Assembly (NCBI GenBank): GCA_046260035.1
Contig: JBJYXQ010000500.1
Span: 1 to 27,427 of the forward strand
From: Anaerolineae bacterium
GTDB taxonomy: Bacteria; Chloroflexota; Anaerolineae; B4-G1; SLSP01
Length of the DNA stretch: 27,427 nucleotides
Reading direction: 5' to 3'
Positions within the stretch are counted from its first letter, which is position 1; each line of letters starts with the position of its first letter. The notes below the pieces were generated by a model. The model searched no databases, was not told the origin of the DNA, and was given only the letters and a program-made list of their open reading frames with translations. The translations under genes were made by a program, and so were the position numbers. Positions 26,073-27,427 of this stretch are shown here, one piece after another.

Positions 26073-27427
26073 ATGAAGTCATTGATCCGTATGCTCAAAT
26101 ACATGAAACCCTATCGTCGGGAGGCAATCATTGCGCTGTTGTTGTTGGTGGCCGTGGTTGGTGCCGATTTGTCAATCCCCCGGTTAACACAACGGGTGAT
26201 TGATGATGGGGTAAAGGCCCAGAATATGACCGTCATCATCAATACGGCGTTGCTTATGTTAGGCGTCGCACTGTTGGAGGCGGTGATCTCGGTTGGCAAT
26301 ATCATTCTTTCGGTGCGCGTGGGATTGAGGACAGGCACTGATATCCGCAGTGCGTTTGTGCGCAAAGTGCAGGCACTCTCCTTCGGCAACCTGGACCGCT
26401 TGCAGACCGGGCAGCTCATCGTCCGCGCCACCAGCGATATCAACCAGGTGCAGATGATTATGATGATGAGCCTGCGTATCCTGACCCGAGCGCCGTTATG
26501 GACCGCTGGCGCTCTGACGATGTTGATCATCACAGCACCCAAATTAGCATGGCTCTGGGTGGCGATGCTGCCCTTGCTTTTCGTCATCTTGATCCTCTTT
26601 ACCGTCAAAGCACGGCCGCTTTTCTTGATCGTCCAGCAAAAGTTGGACAAACTTAACACCGTGATGCAGGAAAACCTGGCGGGGGTGCGCGTGGTTAAAG
26701 CCTTCGTGCGCGCCGAACACGAAAAGCAGCGCTTTTCGCGGGCAAACGATGATCTGATGGCACAGACCATCAAGGTATTGAATTTCGTCGTTGTCTTGTC
26801 GCCACTGATGATGTCCGTTGCCAACCTGGGTTCGGTTGGGGTGATTTGGTTTGGGGGGAACTTTGCCATTGACGGTGAGATGTCGGTAGGGCAAATTATG
26901 GCCGCGGTCAACTATATGATTTTCTCCCTATTCCCGCTGACGATGTTGATCGGTATGATCGCCCCGCTCTCCGCTGCCGAAGCCTCCGCTGGTCGTATCC
27001 TTGAAGTACTAGATAATGAGCCAGAAGTCCAACCGCGTGCTGAAACGTATCTACCGGCGACGAAAGCCGGGCGTGTGGCTTTTGAAGATGTCTGCTTCAG
27101 CTACAACCACGGTTGCGCGGACGCTGTGCTCAACAAAGTGAACCTGATCGCTGAACCAGGAGAGACCGTCGCCATCCTCGGCGCGACTGGGTCTGGCAAA
27201 TCCAGCCTCATTCACCTGATCCCGCGTTTCTATGATGCGGACGCGGGCCGTGTGACCATTGATGGGGTGGATGTCCGCGACTGGCCTTTGCACGACCTGC
27301 GTTCGCAGGTTGGCATTGCTCTACAGGAAGCGGTGCTCTTTAGCGGCACTGTGCGCGACAACATCCGCTACGGGCGCCCAGAGGCCACCGAGGACGAGGT
27401 GATTGCAGCGGCCAAAGCTGCCCAGGC
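26073..27427 (+). CDS. ABC exporter (fused TM + ATPase, multidrug/heterodimeric-exporter type), truncated by the window end
   Basis: Absent from the ORF track. SD AAGGAG, ATG 26073: MKSLIRMLKYMKPYRREAIIALLLL..., GQLIVRATSDINQVQ, ENLAGVRVVKAF, Walker A GATGSGKS, RFYD, ALQEAVLFSGTVRDNIRYG. The frame is open to the end of the window. Confidence 0.93.
   Translation, partial: MKSLIRMLKYMKPYRREAIIALLLLVAVVGADLSIPRLTQRVIDDGVKAQNMTVIINTALLMLGVALLEAVISVGNIILSVRVGLRTGTDIRSAFVRKVQALSFGNLDRLQTGQLIVRATSDINQVQMIMMMSLRILTRAPLWTAGALTMLIITAPKLAWLWVAMLPLLFVILILFTVKARPLFLIVQQKLDKLNTVMQENLAGVRVVKAFVRAEHEKQRFSRANDDLMAQTIKVLNFVVVLSPLMMSVANLGSVGVIWFGGNFAIDGEMSVGQIMAAVNYMIFSLFPLTMLIGMIAPLSAAEASAGRILEVLDNEPEVQPRAETYLPATKAGRVAFEDVCFSYNHGCADAVLNKVNLIAEPGETVAILGATGSGKSSLIHLIPRFYDADAGRVTIDGVDVRDWPLHDLRSQVGIALQEAVLFSGTVRDNIRYGRPEATEDEVIAAAKAAQ

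Noticed and set aside
1-27427. CRISPR array, tRNA/rRNA, transposase/integrase, prophage or defence genes
   Set aside because: No regularly spaced direct repeats, no RNA-gene signatures and no such protein motifs were recognised by eye.

Overview
A 27.4-kb, GC-rich bacterial window with every credible gene on the + strand. The gene repertoire suggests Chloroflexota/Anaerolineae (inference). The order is: tail of a probable DUF362-type gene; a sigma70-type promoter with a perfect LacI-type operator driving an 849-aa protein of unknown, possibly carbohydrate-active, function; a complete Opp/Dpp-type ABC importer (Tat-lipoprotein binding protein, B, C, D, F); two tandem paralogous cobalamin-binding radical SAM genes; a second, orphan DppB-type permease 10 bp after them; a 1028-aa TPR/acidic-linker/TM/beta-helix protein; a Gfo/Idh/MocA oxidoreductase; a c-type cytochrome lipoprotein; an NAD(P)H:flavin oxidoreductase; a five-GAF histidine kinase and a REC-kinase hybrid; a TetR regulator with a double operator; and a truncated ABC exporter. 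The best candidate for an undescribed system is the B12-radical SAM pair enclosed between ABC importer genes. The first rSAM carries an N-terminal SEC-C motif that the ORF track misses and that apparently needs a CTG start. No CRISPR array, rRNA, tRNA or transposase was recognised. Family assignments come from motif recognition by eye, not from database searches.
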